A DNA stretch of 64,000 nucleotides from an uncultured virus (IMG/VR IMGVR_UViG_2061766007_000800) (Duplodnaviria; Heunggongvirae; Uroviricota; Caudoviricetes). The DNA is taken from IMG/VR virus record IMGVR_UViG_2061766007_000800. One strand, written 5' to 3'. Below, in pieces: positions 55,969 through 64,000 of the stretch (its first letter is position 1; each line of letters opens with the position of its first letter). A program made the position numbers and the translations under genes. Below the pieces are notes generated by a model. The model did not search any database, was not told where the DNA came from, and saw only the letters and a program-made list of their open reading frames with translations.

Positions 55969-56787
55969 GTGATTAAAATGGTATATATTACAGGCGATAC
56001 ACACGGTGATTATGATATTTTAAAAATCAAAATGTTTAAACCTCACCTTAAAAAAGGTGATACTTTAATTATATGTGGTGACTTTGGCGGAGTATGGTAT
56101 ACTGACGATGCTTCAGCCGCATTAAAAGACTATGAAAGATTTTTAATGTCTTTTTATAAAGAGTTTCCATGTGATATTTGTTTCATTGATGGAAACCACG
56201 AGAACTATGATAGATTATATTCATATCCTGTTGTAAATTATTGTGGCGGAAAGGCACATAAAATACAGGATAATGTCTATCATTTAATGAGAGGTGAAAT
56301 CTTCACTATTGAAACAACTACATTTCTTGCAATGGGTGGAGCAGCATCTCATGATATTCAAGATGGTATTCTTGAAAAAGATGACCCCCGAATACCTGAA
56401 TGGACTCGTGATAGATATAAGATGTTTAGAATTAACCATGTATCTTGGTGGGAGCAGGAAGTTCCTTCAAAAGAGGAAAGAGAACATTGTTATAAGAACC
56501 TTGAAAAACATAATTTTCAAGTTGATGTTGTCTTAACTCATGAAGCACCTTCATCTCTTGTACCTTTAATGATAGATAAATGGTCAAGACATCTTCTTGG
56601 TCCAACACATGAATATTCAGAATGGCTTGATGGTTTAATGCAGTTTGTAACTTATAAAACTTGGTGCTTTGGTCATTATCATATGGATAAGAAGATAACA
56701 GATAAAGATTATGTATTATATAATAGTGTAAAGGAGTGTAAAAACGGATGTTTGGTATGGGCGGATTCGGCGGCGTGGGAGATTTAA
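55969..56787 (+). CDS. Calcineurin-like metallophosphoesterase
   Basis: GDTHG, GDFG, GNHE, THE, GHYH motifs; promoter 55918-55946. Confidence 0.9.
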   Translation: MIKMVYITGDTHGDYDILKIKMFKPHLKKGDTLIICGDFGGVWYTDDASAALKDYERFLMSFYKEFPCDICFIDGNHENYDRLYSYPVVNYCGGKAHKIQDNVYHLMRGEIFTIETTTFLAMGGAASHDIQDGILEKDDPRIPEWTRDRYKMFRINHVSWWEQEVPSKEEREHCYKNLEKHNFQVDVVLTHEAPSSLVPLMIDKWSRHLLGPTHEYSEWLDGLMQFVTYKTWCFGHYHMDKKITDKDYVLYNSVKECKNGCLVWADSAAWEI

Positions 56788-56972
56788 TGTTTCTTCACGA
56801 TAGCCAGAAAGAAGAAGTTTTAAGAAGATTTGCGGACAGCGACCCTGATGACTGCTTTGAGGATAGATTCTCAGCAGCATTGAATAGTGTGCAGGATTGT
56901 TTTACAGATGACGAAATCGAAGAAATGCGAGAAGATTGCTTAACTTTTGTCGAAGACCGAAATTTTTGCTAA
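56748..56972 (+). CDS. Small acidic protein; start probably 56787
   Basis: TAATG coupling with upstream gene; GGGAG RBS. Confidence 0.55.
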   Translation: MFGMGGFGGVGDLMFLHDSQKEEVLRRFADSDPDDCFEDRFSAALNSVQDCFTDDEIEEMREDCLTFVEDRNFC

Positions 56973-57146
56973 AATTCAACTCGTTTTTTTGTAAAATTCG
57001 TCTAAAAGTCCGATTTTTCCTTTTGCTGAAAATGGGTGAAATTTATCAAATTTAGATAAAACTCAAGTAAATTCGTTGTAGATTTTACTTAAAACGAATA
57101 GCAAAGTAGCAAACACGGAAAGCAACTTTAAAAACAGTAAAAACTT

Positions 57147-57327
57147 TTGATTTTATAAAAATTTTTTGGTATAATTATTATAGAAAATAAAGGAAGAGCA
57201 AAAATAAAAGATACAAAAAACTTTGAAATTCCTAAAAATTTTTGTTATAATAATTATAGAAAATAAAGAAAGACCTAAAAATTAGGTAGTAAAAAATCTT
57301 GAAATTCTCAAAAATTTTTGATATAAT
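57147..57327 (+). promoter_or_regulatory. Three tandem sigma-A promoters at exact 76-bp period
   Basis: -35 at 57147/57223/57299; TGnTATAAT at 57170/57246/57322. Confidence 0.8.
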
Positions 57328-57435
57328 AGATATAGAAAATGAAACGAGAATTAAAAATGGTTATGAGGGTTAGCACCCATAATAATAAAAGGTAAACATA
57401 AACAATAAGTAAATTTAATTTAAGGAGAAAAAAAC

Positions 57436-57822
57436 ATGGCAAACACAGAGAAGAAAATCACAAAAGCAGAAGTACTTAACGCAATTAAGGCAGCAGCAGA
57501 GAACGGTGCTACATTTGAAGTTGGCGCAGAAGCAGTTATCGAGTATGTAGATACAACTCTTGCACAGATGGCTAACAAGGTAGCTAAGGATAAGGAGCGT
57601 GCAGCAAAGAAGAGAGCAGAGGATACATTGCTCGCTGATGTAAAGGCAATCCTTTCTGACGAGGCTGTTACAGCAGACGCTATCGTTGAAGCTATCGGTA
57701 GAGAAGATGTAACTAAGGGTAAGGTAGTTAATCGTCTTTCTACACTTGTAAAGGACGGCGTAGCTACAAAGGAAAAGGTAAAGACTGACGCTGGTGAGCG
57801 CACAGTTTACAAACTTGCCTAA
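57436..57822 (+). CDS. Small winged-helix-like DNA-binding protein, distant paralog A3
   Basis: VTADAIVEAI...KVVNRLSTLVKDG...VYKLA; strong RBS, terminator after. Confidence 0.7.
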   Translation: MANTEKKITKAEVLNAIKAAAENGATFEVGAEAVIEYVDTTLAQMANKVAKDKERAAKKRAEDTLLADVKAILSDEAVTADAIVEAIGREDVTKGKVVNRLSTLVKDGVATKEKVKTDAGERTVYKLA

Positions 57823-57883
57823 TCTAAGTAAGTAAGCAGTAAGAGGGTGCGTAAGCGCCCTCTTTTTATTTAAGGAGAACAAT

Positions 57884-58708
57884 ATGAAATATTGTGGACA
57901 TTACAATGCAAAGAATTTTCATAATAAGGACTTTGATGAGTGGATATTTAATTATGCAGAAGATAATCCACACTTAATTATGAAGTTCAAACAATTAAAG
58001 GAAGAGAATTGTAATAAGAGAATTATCATTGATATTAGTGATTTTTGCGGAGAGCCGAATTGGGAGATCATATCAGCCGCTGTTCGTGAATACCCACAGT
58101 CCGCAGTTCTTATTACAAAGGAACAGATTGATTTTATCCCAAGAATAAGGATATATAAGTTAGATTGGTTTTTCGCTAACGGCTGTTCAAGTTGGGATAT
58201 GCTTAAGGAATGTGCAGATTATGGTGTAAGTGATGTTTATATCATAAATGAACTTGGGTTTGATATTAAAAATGTTAAGGCTTTTTGCGAAAAGAACAAC
58301 ATTAAAGTCAGAATATACCCCAACATCGCGCAAAATTCAACTCTGCTCTTAACTATTGGTACATATACAAGTTTCTTTATTAGACCAGAAGACGTATCTA
58401 TTTATGAAGAATATGTAGATGTTTTTGAGTTTTTTGGCGCACCAGAGAAGGAAGGTGTATTATATGAGATATATACAGAAGGTGAATGGCGAAGTGACCT
58501 TGAACTTTTAATATTGAATATTCCTACTTTAGTTGACAATAGAACAAAGAACAATTATATTGCAGATGTTTTTGGTATTTCAAGATTAGATTGTAGAAAG
58601 AAATGTATCTATGGAGATTGTAACATTTGTAAGAATTGTGTTGATGCGGCAAAAGCTATCAAGGCGCGTCGTATCGAAGAAATAACGCAGGATAAAGAGA
58701 AAGAATAA
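57884..58708 (+). CDS. Hypothetical protein, weakly U32-peptidase-like
   Basis: GVSDVYI...FIRPED; C-terminal C-x3-C-x3-C-x2-C. Confidence 0.45.
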   Translation: MKYCGHYNAKNFHNKDFDEWIFNYAEDNPHLIMKFKQLKEENCNKRIIIDISDFCGEPNWEIISAAVREYPQSAVLITKEQIDFIPRIRIYKLDWFFANGCSSWDMLKECADYGVSDVYIINELGFDIKNVKAFCEKNNIKVRIYPNIAQNSTLLLTIGTYTSFFIRPEDVSIYEEYVDVFEFFGAPEKEGVLYEIYTEGEWRSDLELLILNIPTLVDNRTKNNYIADVFGISRLDCRKKCIYGDCNICKNCVDAAKAIKARRIEEITQDKEKE

Positions 58709-58911
58709 AATTTGTAATTACTTCTTTATTTTTNNNNNNNNNNNNNNNNNNNNNNNNNNNNNNNNNNNNNNNNNNNNNNNNNNNNNNNNNNNNNNNNNNN
58801 NNNNNNNNNNNNNNNNNNNNNNNNNNNNNNNNNNNNNNNNNNNNNNNNNNNNNNNNNNNNNNNNNNNNNNNNNNNNNNNNNNNNNNNNNNNNNNNNNNNN
58901 NNNNNNNNNAT

Positions 58912-59637
58912 TTGGAAGATAAAATAGCGAAAATAGTAGATATTGTATCAAGGATACTACCTTCCGATGGTTGTATGGGTGTTTATGATGATGACCCTGA
59001 CTATATCTATGGTGATTTAGATGGGGAAATCTATAATGCTTTATGGAAGTTAGACCCTCTGGTAGAAGTTAATCATGGTATGTCTAAAATGGTTATTGTT
59101 TCTTCACTTATTGATTATGTAATTAAGATACCTTTAACGGGTGTCTGGGTTCCTGTATGGAATGAAGAAGAGGAAGAATATGATGATGAACAGACATATT
59201 TTGAACCTTTCTCATATGGCGGTGGTTATGATAATGATGACTATTGTGCTGTTGAAATTGATATTTATGATGAAATGATGGAAGAAAACCCTGAGTTTTC
59301 TTTTGTATTTCCTAACACTCAATTTTATAAACAGATAAACAATGTAAAATACTATATTCAAGAGAAATGTAAATGTGGCGGAGGGAGCGACACTTCTAAT
59401 TCTTCCCATGAAGCACAAACTGTTGGTGATGAATTATATACTGATGCTAACAATGAATATGGTAGTGTAGAATCTTTAGCTTGGTGTATTTCATTAGTTG
59501 AAAATTATGGCGTTGAAAAAGCTAAAGATGTAATGAAATATCTTAAAAAAATGAATATAACTGATTTACATAATTGTAATATTGGTTATAGGAACGGTAA
59601 ACCTATAATATTAGATTATAGTGGTTTTGATAGTTAA
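58912..59637 (+). CDS. Protein-kinase-like enzyme; true start may lie in gap 58734-58909
   Basis: GMSKMV, VIKIP (beta3 Lys), helix-C Glu, DLHNCNIG catalytic loop, ILDY. Confidence 0.7.
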   Translation: MEDKIAKIVDIVSRILPSDGCMGVYDDDPDYIYGDLDGEIYNALWKLDPLVEVNHGMSKMVIVSSLIDYVIKIPLTGVWVPVWNEEEEEYDDEQTYFEPFSYGGGYDNDDYCAVEIDIYDEMMEENPEFSFVFPNTQFYKQINNVKYYIQEKCKCGGGSDTSNSSHEAQTVGDELYTDANNEYGSVESLAWCISLVENYGVEKAKDVMKYLKKMNITDLHNCNIGYRNGKPIILDYSGFDS

Positions 59638-59657
59638 TAGAAAAGGAGGATATAAAA

Positions 59658-59897
59658 ATGGCAGTAGTTTATAAGTCAAAGAAAATTGCATTTAATCAGA
59701 TTACGACTTTAGGAGAGTTTATTACAGAAGCTTCTAAGGTAGAAGACGAAGTAACTCTTGAGTCTGGTCATTATATTGTTAATGCTAAATCTATTCTTGG
59801 TGTAATGAGTATAGATGTTAGCAAGGGCGTAAGAGTAAGTTATCCTGCATATGCTCATGACTTTGAATTGTTTGTAGAACAGTTTGAGGTAGAGTAA
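59658..59897 (+). CDS. HPr-family protein keeping the Ser46 motif, lacking His15
   Basis: VNAKSILGVMSI; no N-terminal G-x-H-x-R-P. Confidence 0.8.
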   Translation: MAVVYKSKKIAFNQITTLGEFITEASKVEDEVTLESGHYIVNAKSILGVMSIDVSKGVRVSYPAYAHDFELFVEQFEVE

Positions 59898-59979
59898 TGG
59901 ACGACTTGTCTATTATGATTGCTATTATAATGGCATTTATATTGTTTATTTTAGTATTTAAAGATTGGGATAATTAATT

Positions 59980-60975
59980 ATGGAGAAGGATATTTTAACT
60001 CAAACTGAATATGATTTTTTAAGAACCGATAAGAGATTGGGTAAAAATATCCATCTTTTAGGTTACGGCGGTTCGATTGCATATGGTACAAATTTACCTA
60101 CTTCTGATATTGATATTAGAGGTTTTGCAACGCGTTCCGCCACAGATATTTTAACAGGAAGAGATTTTGAAACTATTTGTAATGATGTAACAGATACAAC
60201 TATTTATAGTTTTGATAAATTAGTTAGTCTTTTGGCGGAGTGTAACCCCAACTGTATTGAAATTTTAGGTTTAAGACCAGACCATTATCTCTATGTTGAT
60301 GAAATTGGTCAGTATTTACTTGACCATAAAGAGATTTTCTTATCTAAAAGATGTGTCAATACTTTTGGCGGATATGCAAATCAGCAACTTTATAGATTAA
60401 AACAAAAACTTTGTCATAATATGACAACAGAGGATTATAATGCGCATATTGCAAAAGTTATTGCAGGTATGCAAGACCATTTAGAGAGAAGTCATGGCTT
60501 ACCAAAAGGAACTATTGTTATTAATGCGGGAAGCGAGGGTCTCACTGCTGATATTCGTGAAATTAAAGGGGTTGACCTTAATGCTTTTTATGATATTACT
60601 AATGAAGTTGGTAATGTTATTCGTATTTACAATAAAAATAGTATCCGAAATGAGAAAGCTATTGCTCATAATAAAACGGCAAAACACGCTATGCACCTAA
60701 TCCGCCTTTATGAAATGGGTATTGAATTACTTGAAAAAGGTGAGATTCATACATATCGTGAACATGATTGGGAGGTTCTTTTAAGTATTCGTCAAGGTGG
60801 TATGCCTTGGTTTGATGAGAATGGTTTTCCTACAGATATGCTTTGGAAGTTAATTGAGATTAAAGAAAACCAATTTAACAAAGCTAAAGAGAACACAAAG
60901 CTTCCTGATAAACCAGATTATGAGAAAATTGATGACTTAGTAACAACAGTTAATAAAAAAGTTGTTTTAGAATAA
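59980..60975 (+). CDS. Pol-beta-fold nucleotidyltransferase (RlaP/YcgL-like)
   Basis: GSIAYGTNLPTSDIDIRG, NPNCIEIL, KHAMHLIRL. Confidence 0.8.
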   Translation: MEKDILTQTEYDFLRTDKRLGKNIHLLGYGGSIAYGTNLPTSDIDIRGFATRSATDILTGRDFETICNDVTDTTIYSFDKLVSLLAECNPNCIEILGLRPDHYLYVDEIGQYLLDHKEIFLSKRCVNTFGGYANQQLYRLKQKLCHNMTTEDYNAHIAKVIAGMQDHLERSHGLPKGTIVINAGSEGLTADIREIKGVDLNAFYDITNEVGNVIRIYNKNSIRNEKAIAHNKTAKHAMHLIRLYEMGIELLEKGEIHTYREHDWEVLLSIRQGGMPWFDENGFPTDMLWKLIEIKENQFNKAKENTKLPDKPDYEKIDDLVTTVNKKVVLE

Positions 60976-61093
60976 TAAATGGTAGGATTATATCCTACCT
61001 TTATTTTTTTAAAATTTTTTGTTATAATAATTATAGAAAATGAAAAAAGAAATGTGAATTTTATACAGAAAAAGAACGAGGAGGTAGGTAAAA

Positions 61094-62350
61094 ATGCTTA
61101 ACCCAACAACAAATTTAAGAGAACTCGCTTATGTGGTGAGAATTGATAGCATAGAACCAATCGTAGGTTCAGATAACTGTGAAGCAGCTGTGATTGGTGG
61201 ATGGCGTGTGATGGTACGTAAAGGTACTTTTGAACAAAATGACCTTGCAATATATTTTGAAATTGACTCTAAGGTAGATACTTCTAAGTCGGAATTTGCG
61301 TTCTTGGAGAAGTACCACGGTAAGGTTAAGACACAGAAATATACTTTTGGCGGCAAAAACCCTGGCTTTTACTCTCAAGGCTTACTTATGCACGCAGAGG
61401 ATTTTGGTTGGAAGTTACTTAAGGGTAATTTCCCTATTGATGATGTAATTGACACAGGTTCGGGTTTCCTTGGAGTAGGTACTTTCCTTACAGAAAGACT
61501 TGGAGTAACTTATGCGGTTGAAGAGGATAATAAACGTAAGGCTAATAAGAACCCTGATGCAAAGATAAACTCAGCATTAGCCCGTCATCCGCGTATTGCT
61601 AAGAAGTATGGTAAGTTTATAAAGAAGAATAAGTTTGCGAGAACTTTATTCTTGTTTTTATTCGGTAAGAAGAAAGATAGTGAGACAGCTTTTCCTACGA
61701 AATTCCAGTATGTACATAAAACAGATCAGGAACGTTGTGAGAACATGACTTGGGTATTGGAAGATAAAACTCCTTTTGTAGTAACTCAAAAGTGTGATGG
61801 TTCTTCTGGAACTTATATTCTTGAACGTAAATCTTTTAACAAATATGAGTTTTATGTTTGCTCAAGAAATGTTCGTCAGTTAACTCCTAATCAGAAGTCA
61901 TATTATGACGATAATCATTATTGGAATGTAGCTTTCAAGTATGACCTTGAGAATAAAATGAAAGATTATATGAAGAAACATCCTGACATTAACTATTTAT
62001 GTTGGCAGGGAGAGGTTTGCGCTCCGCAGATTCAGAAAAATCCACAGGGACTTACTGAAGAGCATCTTTTTCTTTTTCATTGTACTGATAGCAATGGTCG
62101 TTGGGCAATGCTTGATGCTATAAAAATGTGGAAAGAGTATGGGCTTGAAACAGTTCCTGTTGTAGACGAAAATTATATTCTTCCAGATGATTTTGAAGAG
62201 TTTAAACTTAGCGCAGATGGTTATTATGACCCTTCTGTTTGTGAAGGCAAAACCAAACAGAAGAGAGAAGGCTTTGTGTATTATAAAACTACAGACCCTA
62301 ATTTTAGTTTTAAGAATGTCTCAAGAGAATATCTTGCAAAACACTCTTAA
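61094..62350 (+). CDS. ATP-dependent RNA ligase (DRB0094/Rnl2-like, N-terminal OB domain)
   Basis: AIYFEIDS; motif I KCDGSS; QGE; EGFV; SFKNVS. Confidence 0.85.
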   Translation: MLNPTTNLRELAYVVRIDSIEPIVGSDNCEAAVIGGWRVMVRKGTFEQNDLAIYFEIDSKVDTSKSEFAFLEKYHGKVKTQKYTFGGKNPGFYSQGLLMHAEDFGWKLLKGNFPIDDVIDTGSGFLGVGTFLTERLGVTYAVEEDNKRKANKNPDAKINSALARHPRIAKKYGKFIKKNKFARTLFLFLFGKKKDSETAFPTKFQYVHKTDQERCENMTWVLEDKTPFVVTQKCDGSSGTYILERKSFNKYEFYVCSRNVRQLTPNQKSYYDDNHYWNVAFKYDLENKMKDYMKKHPDINYLCWQGEVCAPQIQKNPQGLTEEHLFLFHCTDSNGRWAMLDAIKMWKEYGLETVPVVDENYILPDDFEEFKLSADGYYDPSVCEGKTKQKREGFVYYKTTDPNFSFKNVSREYLAKHS

Positions 62351-62353
62351 AAA

Positions 62354-62427
62354 TTGGACAACTTTCTGTAATTGTTCTAATATATTTTTCAAATATTATT
62401 GAAAATAAGAACAATTACAGAAAGGAT
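62354..62427 (+). promoter_or_regulatory. Candidate late promoter inside a 17-bp RBS-sequestering hairpin
   Basis: TTGGACAA 62354-N28-CAAATA 62390; arms 62362-62378 and 62408-62424. Confidence 0.65.
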
Positions 62428-62438
62428 ATTTTTTTATT

Positions 62439-63167
62439 ATGCCAACAAAAATTGATTTAACAGGACAAAAATTTGAAAGATTAACAGTGCTATATGAATT
62501 ACCAATTCGTAAAAATGGTAGTATTGTATGGCATTGCAAATGTGACTGCGGTAATGAGTGCGATGTAATTAGTGCTTCTTTACGAAGTCATAGGACAAGA
62601 TCTTGTGGTTGCTTGAAACAAGAAAGTGACCGAAAAACAAAAAATAATTGGATAGATTTAACAGGACAAAAATTTGGTCATTTAACTGCAATTAAAAAAG
62701 TTGAAAGTGATAAGTATGGTCATACTAGATGGGAATGCGAATGTGATTGTCCTGCGCATACTCATTTAATAGTTTTAGGCAATAATCTTAGAAGAGGTCA
62801 TACCCAATCTTGTGGGTGTGAAAAACGTTCTCATGGTGAGCTTGCAGTAGAACAAATTTTAATAGATAATAATATTCAATATCAACAAGAATATCCTGCT
62901 TTTAAGTTTGCTTCAGGAATGTCAGCTAAATTTGATTTTTATGTAAATAATAAGTATTTTATTGAGTATGATGGGGAAACTCATTATAAATATAATATGC
63001 ATGGTTGGCATAATGAAGAGCAATTAAAAACTCAACAAGAAAGAGATATGATTAAAACTCAATGGTGTAAGGATAATAATATTCCTTTAATTCGTATTCC
63101 TTATACACATTTAAAAAATCTTTGTATAGAAGATTTATTATTAGAAACAAGTAATTTTATTGTTTAA
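62439..63167 (+). CDS. Free-standing homing-endonuclease-like protein
   Basis: Two DLTGQKF..LT...W.C.CDC...SCGC repeats plus Vsr-like nuclease domain (FDF...IEYDGETH). Confidence 0.8.
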   Translation: MPTKIDLTGQKFERLTVLYELPIRKNGSIVWHCKCDCGNECDVISASLRSHRTRSCGCLKQESDRKTKNNWIDLTGQKFGHLTAIKKVESDKYGHTRWECECDCPAHTHLIVLGNNLRRGHTQSCGCEKRSHGELAVEQILIDNNIQYQQEYPAFKFASGMSAKFDFYVNNKYFIEYDGETHYKYNMHGWHNEEQLKTQQERDMIKTQWCKDNNIPLIRIPYTHLKNLCIEDLLLETSNFIV

Positions 63168-63265
63168 GATATGAGAGATTAAGTCAAGGGCTTAATCTCT
63201 TTTTATTTTTTTAAAAATTTTTGCTATAATATATATAGAAAAATAAAAAGGAGATAAAATAAAAA

Positions 63266-63634
63266 ATGACAAATTTTGATAGAATACAGAAAATGAATGA
63301 AATGGAAATGGCAAAGGCTTTAGGTGAGGTAATGGATTGTAACTGTTGTCCTGAGAAAGACATTTGTAATTCAGGTCATACTCCAGGCTGTGTTAACATT
63401 CTTTTTGACTGGTTAACAGAAAATATTGGCACTCCTTTTAAGGAACTAGCTTACGGTCAGAAATTTAAAGTAAACCTTGAAGATGCAAATATTTATATAA
63501 AAATAGATGAAATATTAGACCACGATTGCTGTGATGTACTTTGGAACGCTATTAATTTAAAAACAGGTATACCTGTTAACTTTTCTAACGATAAATTAGT
63601 TTTTGTAAAAAAGATAGCGGGGGTTGATGATTAA
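63266..63634 (+). CDS. Hypothetical Cys-containing phage protein
   Basis: 122 aa; promoter 63202-63230; terminator ~63639-63668. Confidence 0.7.
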   Translation: MTNFDRIQKMNEMEMAKALGEVMDCNCCPEKDICNSGHTPGCVNILFDWLTENIGTPFKELAYGQKFKVNLEDANIYIKIDEILDHDCCDVLWNAINLKTGIPVNFSNDKLVFVKKIAGVDD

Positions 63635-63721
63635 TAATAGGTGGAGTTAAAACTCCACCTTTATTTTTATAAAAATTTTTGATATAATATTTATAGAAGA
63701 TAAGAAAAGAGGTAATATAAA

Positions 63722-64000
63722 TTGAAAGACCTTTATCTAATTGAAAATGTATTAAATGATTTTTTAAAAGAATTTGAGGTTACTGCGGAAGTTGCTAAAG
63801 AGTTTTGTTATCTTTGGGAACAAAATAAGATATTAGTAACTTTAGCAGTACCCGACTTTCAAACAAAAAATTTTATGGAAGATTTTCATAGTAGAGCGCC
63901 TGAGATTAAGTTAGATTGTTTCTTAGCTTGTTTCTTTCATGAGTTAGGTCATTGTGAGACAGTTGATTTATTAACTGATGAAGAGGAACTTGAGTGTTAT
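63722..64000 (+). CDS. Partial HEXXH protein, paralog of 49499 gene; runs off window
   Basis: TTG start after GAGGT; MKDLYLIENV...EFCY...FFHELGHCET. Confidence 0.65.
   Translation, partial: MKDLYLIENVLNDFLKEFEVTAEVAKEFCYLWEQNKILVTLAVPDFQTKNFMEDFHSRAPEIKLDCFLACFFHELGHCETVDLLTDEEELECY

Noticed and set aside
47499..57822. Z-alpha domains binding GCGCGC Z-DNA tracts
   Set aside because: The N-x3-Y and W residues of Z-alpha are absent, and the alternating tracts are only ~6 bp.
1..64000. Stop-codon reassignment
   Set aside because: Genes are long and intact under code 11; TAA, TAG and TGA all end genes at sensible boundaries.

Overview
A 64-kb segment of a large, low-GC tailed phage (long-tailed siphovirus-like, gene order reminiscent of SPbeta-type phages). 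The host is probably a Clostridia-type Firmicute (inferred from GAGG/AGGAGG RBSs, sigma-A promoters, an ECF S-component and a His-less HPr). Positions 1-38.8 kb, minus strand: morphogenesis module with terminase, portal, protease/scaffold, capsid, head-tail proteins, tail tube, 2867-aa tape measure, 1919-aa tail protein and a 2213-aa BspA/DUF285-like repeat protein. Positions 39.1-52.8 kb, plus strand: short early genes split into cassettes by 13 copies of a ~120-190-bp element. Each copy has a covarying GC-rich palindrome with a fixed 12-bp centre, a TGCACAA-N16-TTGTGCA dyad and a sigma-A promoter. At least one cassette, possibly three, carries a structured non-coding RNA rather than an ORF. 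Positions 54-55.3 kb: an HTH gene with iteron-like repeats (candidate origin). Positions 55.3-64 kb, plus strand: metallophosphoesterase, kinase-like gene next to a Ser46-only HPr, RlaP-like nucleotidyltransferase, RNA ligase, and a homing-endonuclease-like gene whose RBS lies in a 17-bp hairpin overlapping a candidate late promoter (TTGG[A/G/T]CAA-N28-nAAATA, 5 copies). There are three N-gaps. All calls are by eye; no searches were run.
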